Below are positions 37,625 through 47,060 of a DNA stretch of 64,000 nt, one piece after another. The notes under the pieces are model-generated. The model worked only from the letters and a program-made list of their open reading frames with translations. It was not told where the DNA came from and did not search any database. Numbering within the stretch: position 1 is the stretch's first letter; every line of letters starts with the position of its first letter. Both the position numbers and the translations under genes were made by a program. The DNA comes from Deltaproteobacteria bacterium. GTDB taxonomy: Bacteria > UBA10199 > JADGCS01. The DNA lies in contig JADGCS010000003.1 of assembly GCA_015228875.1 (NCBI GenBank), positions 20,473 to 84,472 of the forward strand, in the 5' to 3' direction.

Positions 37625-38015
37625 TGTGCCCGCCTCGAGACTGTCGATTTATGCAATAAATCGACAGTCTCTATCCCTGTGGGAGATAAATATTGTGGTT
37701 TTTGATTAAAAAAACATATCAATTATCCATAATTCTGGAAATAATCTTCCAAAATTATTGCCTTTATGGTCCTGTTTTTAAACCACACCAAGGAATCAAA
37801 AGGCTCTCGTCTATAACGGACCCATGACAACACTGAAGCACAAAAATAAAACAATACAGGCGATCCCTCCTTTTATGATTACGGAGTTGGAAGGGTTGGT
37901 GTATGATCATTGACAAGCCCAATTTCTTTAAGCCCCTCTTGCCAAAAGGATTTTTCTTTAAAAAATTCCCTGAGAAAGTAAACCAATAAACTAATATGAC
38001 GGAGGTCGAAATTTT

Positions 38016-38090
38016 AAACGGAATAAAAATAAAAAAAGTTAAACTTTTTTCACTTTTTGGCCGGTTAACACGCAACCTGATAGGGTTTAT
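38016..38090. promoter_or_regulatory. R3 shared upstream element, copy 1 (50 bp upstream of 38136 gene)
   Basis: AAACGGAATAAAAATAAAAAAAGTTAAACTTTTTTCACTTTTTGGCCGGTTAACACGCAACCT…GATAGGGTTTAT; near-identical copy at 42266-42357; contains palindrome AAAAAAGTTAAACTTTTTT. Confidence 0.6.
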
Positions 38091-38135
38091 TCCGATAACT
38101 CTTTCAAATAAACTACAATTAAAAGGGATAATATT

Positions 38136-39893
38136 ATGGCTGAATTACCTCCTGTGGGTTGTTACTACACAACCAATGCACCTGGCTTTGAAGGCAAGAA
38201 AAAACTGGTGTGTGACCAAAGTGGTGAGGGAACACTTAAGACCGACGGGCCCACACAAGAACCAGATGGCGCGCAACATGCCGCAAACACCGATATGACC
38301 CAGCGATCAGATGACCCCTTCAGGTTTTCGCCGGGTGTGGATATTGACTACAATACCTTTTGCGAGGGGGTTGCGTTTATCAGAGACATGAGACTCTTTA
38401 ACGGCGTTGCACAGGGGATGGGTATGGGCATGGAGGCCGTTGCCCAGATTGACGACTTTATTATGGAAGACATGGCCCACACCCTGTTTTTTGATCCCGC
38501 GATGGAGGCCATGGGGGTTGAGCCTTTAGAAGAGGGGAGCGTTGAAAAAATGACCTTTGATTGGGGGGTGAGGACTGCCAATGCCGTAGGGATTTTTGCA
38601 ATGTACCACCGTTTTATAGGCCCCGGTAAGGCGTTTCCAACATGGGCGCAATTTAAAAGTGCGGCGGCCAAATACATGCCCTTTATTGGGATGATGTATC
38701 TCATGGAAACCAAACTTGTCAGTTCGCCCGATGCCGTGCTCAACGCGGTAGGACTGGACGGGCTTGAGGGGTGGCAACATGATGCGGCCTACTGGGGGAT
38801 TTTAGGCACAGGCACAGCGGGGGCCCTGGCCTATATCAATCACGAATATGTTAAACCAGTTTCTGAGGGTGGTAAAACCCTCTCCGCAAAATCTGGTGTG
38901 GCCTGGATTTCGTTTTGGCTCGCCTACTCCCTCTATTGGAGAATCATGACAGATCAGGGTAGGGCGTTGCAGTCTGTTGATGGGCAGGATGTATCGGGGC
39001 TTAATCCCCTGGATTGGGAGTGGGACTATGTTAATCCAGATACGGCGGCATCGGGCTATTGGTCATGGGCTGTTGCAGCACCTGCGTGGGGGGTTTTGGG
39101 AGCAGTGTCGAGATTTTTAACAGACTTTGAATCAAGGGTACTAAATCTGATAACAAGGGGCAAGGTTGGTGGAGGAGACTTTAACAGTCTCATGCAACTT
39201 TCGGGGGCAGAAACGGTAGCCATTGACGCCGCCGCCCCGGAGATTCTTGGTAGAAAACTCAAGTTTGCCTCGGGCGCCTTTGCCAAGGCGGCCGCAAAAC
39301 CCAGCCGTGTGGCCTACTCGCTTACGATGTTTGCAAATGGTCTTATTGCCGGCATGTTTGCAGGCAATGCCATGCAACAGGTTCGTGATTACAAAGACCC
39401 TTCAACGCTACATGGTTCGTCGGTAAGAACCGTGTTTACGGGCGGCGCAAATGTTCCGCTCACACATTCTCTTAAAATTCTGGGTTCGGATGTCAGTCAT
39501 TATCAGTATTATCTGGCAGGGATGCTCTTTTTATACCCCTATGAGTCCTGTAACGAAATTAAAGAGAGTCTCAGTACCATTGCGAGATATCAGGCCCACA
39601 AATTCAAGGCGAGTGTTGATCCTGTCGAAAAAAGGGAGATCGCGGGTTTGATTTATAAGCTGGGTCTGGCATCACTGCCAGGCACCTGGGACGGCAAAGA
39701 GTACAAGCACGGTGAACGTGACGAGATTATCAAATCTGTCAGTCAAGATCCAAAACTCTGGACTGAGGTTAATGATATTGCCGATTCTGTCGAAGAGGCC
39801 CTGATGGCCAGGGGGGTTGTAGTAGAGGAGATTGATCTTGATGAGTTTAGGGCCGTGATTGAAGATGCTATCAAATTGGAGAGTGGTTCATAA
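38136..39893 (+). CDS. hypothetical protein (585 aa), Trp/Gly/Ala-rich amphipathic segments, no signal peptide
   Basis: ATG 38136; coding-like ORF; no recognised domain. Confidence 0.55.
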   Translation: MAELPPVGCYYTTNAPGFEGKKKLVCDQSGEGTLKTDGPTQEPDGAQHAANTDMTQRSDDPFRFSPGVDIDYNTFCEGVAFIRDMRLFNGVAQGMGMGMEAVAQIDDFIMEDMAHTLFFDPAMEAMGVEPLEEGSVEKMTFDWGVRTANAVGIFAMYHRFIGPGKAFPTWAQFKSAAAKYMPFIGMMYLMETKLVSSPDAVLNAVGLDGLEGWQHDAAYWGILGTGTAGALAYINHEYVKPVSEGGKTLSAKSGVAWISFWLAYSLYWRIMTDQGRALQSVDGQDVSGLNPLDWEWDYVNPDTAASGYWSWAVAAPAWGVLGAVSRFLTDFESRVLNLITRGKVGGGDFNSLMQLSGAETVAIDAAAPEILGRKLKFASGAFAKAAAKPSRVAYSLTMFANGLIAGMFAGNAMQQVRDYKDPSTLHGSSVRTVFTGGANVPLTHSLKILGSDVSHYQYYLAGMLFLYPYESCNEIKESLSTIARYQAHKFKASVDPVEKREIAGLIYKLGLASLPGTWDGKEYKHGERDEIIKSVSQDPKLWTEVNDIADSVEEALMARGVVVEEIDLDEFRAVIEDAIKLESGS

Positions 39894-39975
39894 GATGGGG
39901 CAATGTGTTAGTGAAGGTGGGTAGGGGGGCAAGGCAACGTATTAATTTTTTTAGGAGGGGGTCAGAAAGGAATTT

Positions 39976-41670
39976 GTGCCACCCAAAGTAAGTGAGCAAA
40001 GAGTCGTAAAACTTGAGCTTGGTGATTTTGTAGTCAGGCTCAAAGAATGCATCGCAGACAGGATCGTCTCGGCCGAAGAGGCCCTGGATCTCTATGCCCT
40101 TGCCGATACCTCAAACAACCCTTCGGTCAGATTTTTTTTCACTCAATTTTTAACAGGGGGTGCCTCTGTAACTCGCTACACTAATGCCACGATTGGGCCA
40201 GGGCACGGTTATTTTGATTCAAAGCCAGCCCACATGTACACGGCAAGGGATCCTTATTTTAAAGATCAAAATCTTTGTTTAAATTTTAGTGGTGACTCCC
40301 TCAAACTCCCCTGTATAGAACCCGATCTTGTCGACGGGATTTTTGGTTATAATGCACTCGCATCTGTTGACGTTCCCTCTATGGGCGCACTCGTTTTTAC
40401 AGACCCGGCGGTTAAGGCCCGTCTGCAACGCGATGCCCTGCAAAATTGGGATGTTAATTCCAAAGATATTTCCATCACAAATGCCTTTAACATCATCAGA
40501 GACTATACGGGTGACGTGATCATGGTGAGGTCCATTTTGGAGAGGGTTTTTAAACAAATTTACACGCCCGCGGCCGCATCAGCCGTGATGGCCCTTACGC
40601 TTTCGATATTTTCGACATCGCCAAATATTATTACCACAGAAAGAGGCGCCTATGCGCGCATGGCCTATGCCAGCGCATGCAATTGGCGCGAACGTTATTC
40701 GAGGATGACCATTGCCTACAATCTCACACAGGAACCGCAAGTTAATCAGGCTGATGTGATGAGTGATGAAGGTTTTGTTGTTGAGGCAAAAAGAGAGTGG
40801 GTGGATGTTCCCATCAAACCGTCCATTGCTTATCCTGATATTCCCTCGGACTCTCAAGCTTTGTTGAGGGCTTTAGAAAACGAAAAAAACGAAATCCTTG
40901 ACGCGTGGCAAAGTCATATCGAGGCAACACGTGCGCACCCCGACACAGAGCGGGAGATTCCACGACTGCAGCTTGAGTACCAGGCCCTGATCAGGGCTTA
41001 CGAAAAATACCAGACACCCCAAAACGACAAGATGGTTTTTTCGTGGACCTATTTAAAACGCACTTTTTCGCAAAAGGAATACACCGTCGAGGCCTTGACG
41101 GGGACCTTGCAGTGGATGCTGACCGCCTTTACGAAGGATGATTCGGAGCTTGCCGCCATTTTGGATAAGGACCTTAATTTTGTGCGCGCCCTGGCCAGTG
41201 GTGATCCAGACGCTGTCTCCGTGGCCCTTTACATGGGCGGGGGATTTTTTGGTCCCTGGGTTGTCGAACAGGGGCTCCCGACAGTACTCAGAGTGGCGCA
41301 CTGGCTGGCCTCGACCTTTATCCCTTTTTTATCGGCCCCCGTACCCGCAACGGCAACCAGCATCACCGGTTTAAGGGCAAGCATTCTGGCTGCAGAGGCC
41401 GAAATAGCTTTACTTGAAGGCGGTACGGCTGTTGCCGCAGGCAGGTTTGCCGGTTTATTAAATTTTGCATCCAAATTTGCAAGGTTTAATCTTTACGCCG
41501 CTGTTGTGATGACCACGTATTCTACCCATGATTTTTATGATTCGGCAACAGACCGCTTTGGGGTGTCTTTGTCCTTACCCGCGTGGACAGCGGCCCCCGC
41601 AGCCTTTATGGAAAAAAGATATCAGTTGACGGAGGACCTCCCTTCGGCAGAAGAATTTAAAGACAGATAA
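39976..41670 (+). CDS. hypothetical protein (564 aa)
   Basis: GTG 39976 with GGAGGGGG upstream; follows 38136 gene by 82 bp, likely co-transcribed; no recognised domain. Confidence 0.55.
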   Translation: MPPKVSEQRVVKLELGDFVVRLKECIADRIVSAEEALDLYALADTSNNPSVRFFFTQFLTGGASVTRYTNATIGPGHGYFDSKPAHMYTARDPYFKDQNLCLNFSGDSLKLPCIEPDLVDGIFGYNALASVDVPSMGALVFTDPAVKARLQRDALQNWDVNSKDISITNAFNIIRDYTGDVIMVRSILERVFKQIYTPAAASAVMALTLSIFSTSPNIITTERGAYARMAYASACNWRERYSRMTIAYNLTQEPQVNQADVMSDEGFVVEAKREWVDVPIKPSIAYPDIPSDSQALLRALENEKNEILDAWQSHIEATRAHPDTEREIPRLQLEYQALIRAYEKYQTPQNDKMVFSWTYLKRTFSQKEYTVEALTGTLQWMLTAFTKDDSELAAILDKDLNFVRALASGDPDAVSVALYMGGGFFGPWVVEQGLPTVLRVAHWLASTFIPFLSAPVPATATSITGLRASILAAEAEIALLEGGTAVAAGRFAGLLNFASKFARFNLYAAVVMTTYSTHDFYDSATDRFGVSLSLPAWTAAPAAFMEKRYQLTEDLPSAEEFKDR

Positions 41671-41838
41671 TTTTAATCAAGGGTTGATATGGATCCCTTT
41701 TTAAAAACCACCAAACAGATTGTAAAAAATTATCTTTCAATCACCGGCAAAAGTTAAAAGTCATGGATAGTCACACCCTGTCGCGTCCCATCAATATTGA
41801 GAATCATGTTCCAGCTCAAATGAGACTCACGGACTCAT

Positions 41839-42177
41839 TTAAGGTTCAAGTCCGTCCAGTGGAATTATTTGAATTTTAAATTGTGCCCGGAGCCGGGACC
41901 CAGAAGACGATTGGGATCTTTGTTGTTGATGTTTAACGGGTAGAGTTCCTTGATTGTATGAATCAACTGAAGACATTCCTCCGAAAGAGGGACGGGCATC
42001 TTCTTGTTTAAAATAGCCAGGATTGTCTTGCCGCCACCTTTTCAGATACTCTTTTTTCCTCTTATTCTGGCATTCAGGCCTTCCACAGGTCTCTTGTTTT
42101 CCCTTGGTTCTGGGATCTGGTTTATAAAAGCGACCACAGCTCTTGCACTTTGGGGTGATGCGTTTTTTTATGCACAT
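41839..42177 (-). CDS. possible small basic zinc-ribbon protein
   Basis: MCIKKRITPKCKSCGRFYKPDPRTKGKQETCGRPECQNKRKKEYLKRWRQ – CxxC…CxxxxC; weak coding evidence. Confidence 0.3.
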   Translation of the reverse strand: MCIKKRITPKCKSCGRFYKPDPRTKGKQETCGRPECQNKRKKEYLKRWRQDNPGYFKQEDARPSFGGMSSVDSYNQGTLPVKHQQQRSQSSSGSRLRAQFKIQIIPLDGLEP

Positions 42178-42265
42178 CAAACTATTATCATTGAAGAAAT
42201 CAAAAATAAGAAGAATCAAATTGAGTTAAATTGAATAAAATACAATGTGATTTTTGGCTGGAATC

Positions 42266-42357
42266 AAACGGAATAAAAATAAAAAAAGTTAAACTTTTTT
42301 CACTTTTTGGCCGGTTAACGCGCAACCTTTGTATCAAATATAGCGATAGGGCGTATC
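42266..42357. promoter_or_regulatory. R3 shared upstream element, copy 2 (upstream of 42398 gene)
   Basis: AAACGGAATAAAAATAAAAAAAGTTAAACTTTTTTCACTTTTTGGCCGGTTAACGCGCAACCT + 16-bp insertion + GATAGGGCGTAT. Confidence 0.6.
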
Positions 42358-42397
42358 AGAAGAAGAGCTGAACTCAAAAGAAAAAAATCCCAACTTT

Positions 42398-44587
42398 ATG
42401 AACTTTATGAAAAATACAACCCTCATACTCTGCATCCTGTCCCTTCTCGTTTTACACACAGCCTGTAGGTCAAAAGCAACGACAGAAGAATTTAACTCTG
42501 ATTATTCAGAAAGTGACGAGAACGACAACAGCACCAGCGATGAAAAGATAGACCTTGGTCAATCCGATATCCCGCAAACCTATATGCTTGTTGATTTTGG
42601 CGGCTCTGCCCAAGACAATATTTATGGGATCGAAGAATGGAACACCGTGATCACTGGATCCGGCGTCGCATATGTCACCCAAAAAGAAATTACCGGAGTC
42701 ACGCTCACCACAGAAACGGAAAAGTTTGCAAGTCATGTGGGGATGACCGGCCCTGCCCTTAAACTGGACGCCGGCGACATGGTCGTTGCCTACTGGCACA
42801 ACGCAACCAATGGTATGGTCACCCTCTGGCGACCCCTCATCAGTTTTGTGGATATCGATCAGCCCGAAGACAAAGAGGGGGCTCCTCAGTGGTATGCCAT
42901 GAAAACTTTCGACGGCCCGACACGATTTGACTACATTCACGATGGCAGGCCCATGAAAAGTGTTTATGTCATTACATCAACAGAGACGGCGCCGGGTAAT
43001 TCTCCCCCAACGGAGGGGTGGCGCAGTGTGATCAACTTCAATCAGAACAGCACTTTCGCGGGGATTATCCTGGACAAGGTAGAAATCATCAAGGCCGCGC
43101 AATGCAAGCCGTCCGCCCCTTCAAATCTCAACCTCACTCTCAACGCAGCAAACCCGACATCCAGTGTCAAACTCGCGTGGACAGCATCTGTCGGTGATCC
43201 CCCTGTCAAGTATTACAAAATCATACGCAATGGACTCTGGATCGACAAAACCCTGGAGACACAATATACAGACTGGCACCTCAATCACTCCACACAATAT
43301 ACGTACACGATCACTGCCATTAATACTGTGGGGATCAGCAGCGAAAAATCCGGGGAGGCCGCCATCACCACTGCTGTTTTTTCATCCGCAAAACTCATCA
43401 ACCCTCAGCATGATCTGGAATACCTCGGCGCCTTCAGGTTTCCCACACAGACAATGGGCGCGTCCGGCTGGGCCTACAGACTCGGCGATCTCACTTACTA
43501 TCCCGATGGAGAAGGGGGGGCTTTTGGTCCCGGTGCTGCAGACGGTTATCCCGGAACTCTCTTCGCGTACGGGCACATCCATCAAAGAATGATCGCCGAG
43601 ATCAGCATCCCCGAGCCCATCATTGCAGACAGCTACGAAGAGCTCCCCGCAGCCGTTCACATTCAACCTTTCGCAGATGTCATCCCCGATAATAACCCCG
43701 GTTCATCCGACAAGGCATCACCAGGCTTGGAATATCTTGAATCCAACGATTTGTTCTTCACCATCTTTGGCGACAACTACAATGTGAGTTACAATAAAAA
43801 ACTGTCACATGGCGCTTTTAAGATGAACCCGAATCTTGCGAACGCATTTGTCTACGGACTCTGGTGGATTGGCAACAAGGAAGATTCCGACAATCCCAAC
43901 TATTATGCCTACGCGCATTTTCTTTTTGAAATCCCTCAAGCATGGTCCGACACCCACACACCCGGCAAACAGATTGCCTCGGGTGCCAGCAGGGCAGGTG
44001 GTGGGCCGCAGGGACCAGGGCTGGTTGCCGTACAAACCAATGAGCAGCCCGCACCAGACGCGGAACTGGGGTTTACAACACTTCTGCAATACGACCTTAA
44101 CGGCAAGGGCCCTGTCACCATGAACGGCTGGATCGAAAACGATGCGTGGACGGGCGGCGCCTGGCTCGAGGCCGGTTCACGATCTGCTGTGGTCTTTGTG
44201 GGTTCGAAGGCCCGTGGTGAGTACTTTTATGGTTATGCCGATGGGACTGTCTACACAGATGTGATCGACAATATCCCGCCCAATACCTCAAGTAGTGATG
44301 TTGGCAGCAAAGGTGGGGGTGCCCGCAGCTACGAATCAATGATGATTTTTTACAACCCCGATGACCTTGCAAGTGTCGCAAATGGTTCATTAACGTCAAC
44401 CGCGCCGCAACCCTACGCTGCGATTGTTCTCGATGATTACCTTCTCAAAAAAAACACCTACAGTCCAGATACCAAGGCACTGCTTGGTGAGACGGCCTAT
44501 GACAGAGAGGGAAATCTTCTTTTTGTCATCGAAAACAATGTTGCTGTCCCCAAGGTTGATATTATTCATGTCTGGAAAATAAAATAG
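42398..44587 (+). CDS. secreted lipoprotein with fibronectin type III domain
   Basis: MKNTTLILCILSLLVLHTAC signal/lipobox; FN3-like segment PSAPSNLNLTLNAANPTSSVKLAWTASVGDPPVKYYKIIRNGLWIDKTLETQYTDWHLNHSTQYTYTITAINTVGIS. Confidence 0.6.
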   Translation: MNFMKNTTLILCILSLLVLHTACRSKATTEEFNSDYSESDENDNSTSDEKIDLGQSDIPQTYMLVDFGGSAQDNIYGIEEWNTVITGSGVAYVTQKEITGVTLTTETEKFASHVGMTGPALKLDAGDMVVAYWHNATNGMVTLWRPLISFVDIDQPEDKEGAPQWYAMKTFDGPTRFDYIHDGRPMKSVYVITSTETAPGNSPPTEGWRSVINFNQNSTFAGIILDKVEIIKAAQCKPSAPSNLNLTLNAANPTSSVKLAWTASVGDPPVKYYKIIRNGLWIDKTLETQYTDWHLNHSTQYTYTITAINTVGISSEKSGEAAITTAVFSSAKLINPQHDLEYLGAFRFPTQTMGASGWAYRLGDLTYYPDGEGGAFGPGAADGYPGTLFAYGHIHQRMIAEISIPEPIIADSYEELPAAVHIQPFADVIPDNNPGSSDKASPGLEYLESNDLFFTIFGDNYNVSYNKKLSHGAFKMNPNLANAFVYGLWWIGNKEDSDNPNYYAYAHFLFEIPQAWSDTHTPGKQIASGASRAGGGPQGPGLVAVQTNEQPAPDAELGFTTLLQYDLNGKGPVTMNGWIENDAWTGGAWLEAGSRSAVVFVGSKARGEYFYGYADGTVYTDVIDNIPPNTSSSDVGSKGGGARSYESMMIFYNPDDLASVANGSLTSTAPQPYAAIVLDDYLLKKNTYSPDTKALLGETAYDREGNLLFVIENNVAVPKVDIIHVWKIK

Positions 44588-44724
44588 ACTGTGACCATCC
44601 CTACCTACCATACCTTAAATTCCCTTTTACAAACCCACAGGTTTCTCTGAGGAGCCTGTGTACAACCCCAAAAGTTGGTTGAGTTTTTTCTTAATCCACA
44701 GTATGCTTCGCGCCGCTGTCACAA

Positions 44725-45654
44725 ATGAATTCCACAACTGTTAAAAACAAGACCGTCCTTGCCCTTGCTGTTTTTATTTTTGCTGCATCTGCAGTGTTAT
44801 CGCCCGCCCTCTCAACAAAACCGGCGCTCGCCAGCGAATCCCTCTCGGTCAAGGTCATCAAGGATCTCAAGGTCGTCGAGGATTCCGCAAGGGTTGACGA
44901 AAAGGGAGATGTCACCTCTGCCTTCATCAAAGAAAATAAAACCATTGCGGGCATCAAATATTCAAAGGACAGTTTTATCGAATTCCACGATAATAAAAAA
45001 CTTAAAAAAGCCACACTCGTACTCGACACAATCATTCAGGGGATCAACTGCCTCGAAAAAACAGAGGTCCAGTTCTACGAAAGCGGCAAACTGTTATCGG
45101 CAATTCTTGCGGCGCCTACAACTTTTACAGGCAATCACTTTGCCAAAGGGACCAAAATCTGGCTCTACGAAAAAGGCGGGCTTGAATCCGCAGAGCTTGT
45201 TGCCAAAACCCCCATTCAGGGCGTTGAGTTTCCCGAGTTTACAAAACTCTTGTTTGACAGCGTGGGAAAACTAAGACAAGCGCGAGTCCCCGAAACCCTC
45301 TCCATACAGGGGATCAACATCGCAAGGACTGGCAACGTCGAGTTTTACAACAACGGCAAACTCAAATCGGCCTTTCTTGCGCAGAACACCAACATTCAGG
45401 GCATCAATTGTGCACGCGATAAAAAAGTCATGTTCTATCCCGATGGCAGGCTCAACGCCGCCTACCTTGCCGACAACACAAACCTGCAGGGGATCAATCT
45501 TTTTAAGGGAACCATCGTGGCTTTAAGTGAGACAAAAAAACTACAGGGCGTGATGTACGGCGAAAACCTGACCATTCAGGGGGTCGAGTGCCCCAGGTTC
45601 ACCGCAATCAAATTTAACGAAGACGGCTCTCTCGTTCCAGAATCATGCCGGTAA
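44725..45654 (+). CDS. secreted protein composed of ~9 tandem MORN-variant-like repeats
   Basis: Signal peptide MNSTTVKNKTVLALAVFIFAASAVLSPALS; repeats TxIQGINCxxxxxVxFYxxGKLKSAxLAxNT. Confidence 0.6.
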   Translation: MNSTTVKNKTVLALAVFIFAASAVLSPALSTKPALASESLSVKVIKDLKVVEDSARVDEKGDVTSAFIKENKTIAGIKYSKDSFIEFHDNKKLKKATLVLDTIIQGINCLEKTEVQFYESGKLLSAILAAPTTFTGNHFAKGTKIWLYEKGGLESAELVAKTPIQGVEFPEFTKLLFDSVGKLRQARVPETLSIQGINIARTGNVEFYNNGKLKSAFLAQNTNIQGINCARDKKVMFYPDGRLNAAYLADNTNLQGINLFKGTIVALSETKKLQGVMYGENLTIQGVECPRFTAIKFNEDGSLVPESCR

Positions 45655-46235
45655 AACCAAAAAATCCAATCCATGTTTTAGAACGCATACACAGGGACAA
45701 AGCGCGCAACCTGAAAAGCCCTGAATGAGGGATGAACCCCCATCAAATACCGATGCACAGACGCAAACAGGGCATCAACTGCAGTCCTAAAATTCATATG
45801 ACCACTACCACCAGATTCCCCACCGCCTGTGGGCCATGGAGAATTTAAGGGCGGTCCTCCGGGAACATGAGGCATGACAACACCGCCGCTACCGCCGGTC
45901 TGTCCGGGAGGTGAGATATGTTCACCACCGGGGACGTGGGGATGCGGGCCTGATGGCCTGTGGGGTTGCGGGGAAGCCTCCGGTGGCCTGCCATGCACGC
46001 TCATCATGACATAAGAGTCCAGGGCCTGTGGTCTCGCCGATGTTGTCCTTGCGGGCGCAAACGCACTCCACGCTGCTGTTGACGAAGCCATCACTGATGG
46101 CCATACTGCTCTCATTCCAAACATATATTCCCCTTTCTGCTCTTTGTTTTTTTACGGTTCATGCATGGGAATTTCAAAGTCAATCGAGCGCGGGTACATC
46201 CCATGCAAAACAGAAGAACTCAGCCGCGTCATAGA

Positions 46236-46250
46236 CAAGTTAGTAACTTG
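46236..46250. repeat. R2 core palindrome CAAGTTAGTAACTTG (isolated copy)
   Basis: Exact 15-mer identical to 12636-12650. Confidence 0.7.
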
Positions 46251-46358
46251 TGTTTTTGTTATCGGGTTCTGCTGCGTGATGTTGCGTAAAATCACAAAAA
46301 AATTTGCCACCAAGAACCACCGATCCGTTATCCTAAAAACATCTATAGGGCGTGTTGA

Positions 46359-46449
46359 CAAGTTACTAACTTGACTTTGACGCGGTTGTATTCTTCCATT
46401 TTGCGAGGAATGCACCCGCGCTCTGTCGACTTTGAAATTCCTATACATC
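46359..46449. repeat. R2 repeat copy b
   Basis: CAAGTTACTAACTTGACTTTGACGCGGTTGTATTCTTCCATTTTGCGAGGAATGCACCCGCGCTCTGTCGACTTTGAAATTCCTATACAT. Confidence 0.75.
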
Positions 46450-46495
46450 GAGGTATTAAGGCATCAAGAAATGATTGTCATGCAATTGTTTTGAT

Positions 46496-46876
46496 CTACG
46501 CAAACGTATCGCGGGGGCGTGTGCCCCTGATCTGGGCGAGACAGCTGTCTTTTTTGGAGTCGGTGTAAGGGTTGTTGTATTCTGCGGCGTCGGCAATAAA
46601 CATGGCCCGCTGGTTGTAAGAGGTGATCTCCTGATACTTTGAATAAGCGGTCTGGTTTGCCATGATAAAACTCGATGAGGTGTCTGTATGAACTGTTGAC
46701 GTCGCTCCATCGTTGATTTCTTCATACTCGGCATCAATGTATTCAACACCCGATGGCCTGCTGATGGGAGCGATCTGCGTGTCTTGATGATGAACCCTTG
46801 CAAGGGAGCTCGACGGCACATTGTTCGATCCCTGAACAGGCGGCGTTAAGGCAAAAAGTCTGGTATTCACACGCAT
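46496..46876 (-). CDS. possible small hypothetical protein (126 aa)
   Basis: ORF only; acidic Ser/Thr-rich; overlapped by other-frame ORFs; weak. Confidence 0.25.
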   Translation of the reverse strand: MRVNTRLFALTPPVQGSNNVPSSSLARVHHQDTQIAPISRPSGVEYIDAEYEEINDGATSTVHTDTSSSFIMANQTAYSKYQEITSYNQRAMFIADAAEYNNPYTDSKKDSCLAQIRGTRPRDTFA

Positions 46877-47060
46877 ACTTTATCAATATGCAACAAACAT
46901 ACCAAACACAGGGCACAGGTGACCATTTTTTTGTTTGTGATTTTAAATGGTTAGGCAAGTACAAATTAATGTAAGTTTATCAAAATAATAAACTGTGGTG
47001 TGGATTATCACTTTGATCGATTAACAAGGGGGCGGAGTCGCCAGAAAATAACGCCTCTGA

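Noticed and set aside
38016-38090. R3 element as a sigma-54 or sigma-28 (FliA) promoter
   Set aside because: TGGCCGG…CACGCA does not fit TGGCAC-N5-TTGC. CCGATAA is present in copy 1 only, and the spacing to a TAAA box does not fit the FliA consensus.
45678-46124. Pro/Gly-rich 148-aa ORF on the minus strand
   Set aside because: The composition is low-complexity (PGG…PPG runs), with no start context and overlapping ORFs in other frames. It is kept only as a note in the repeat-rich region finding.
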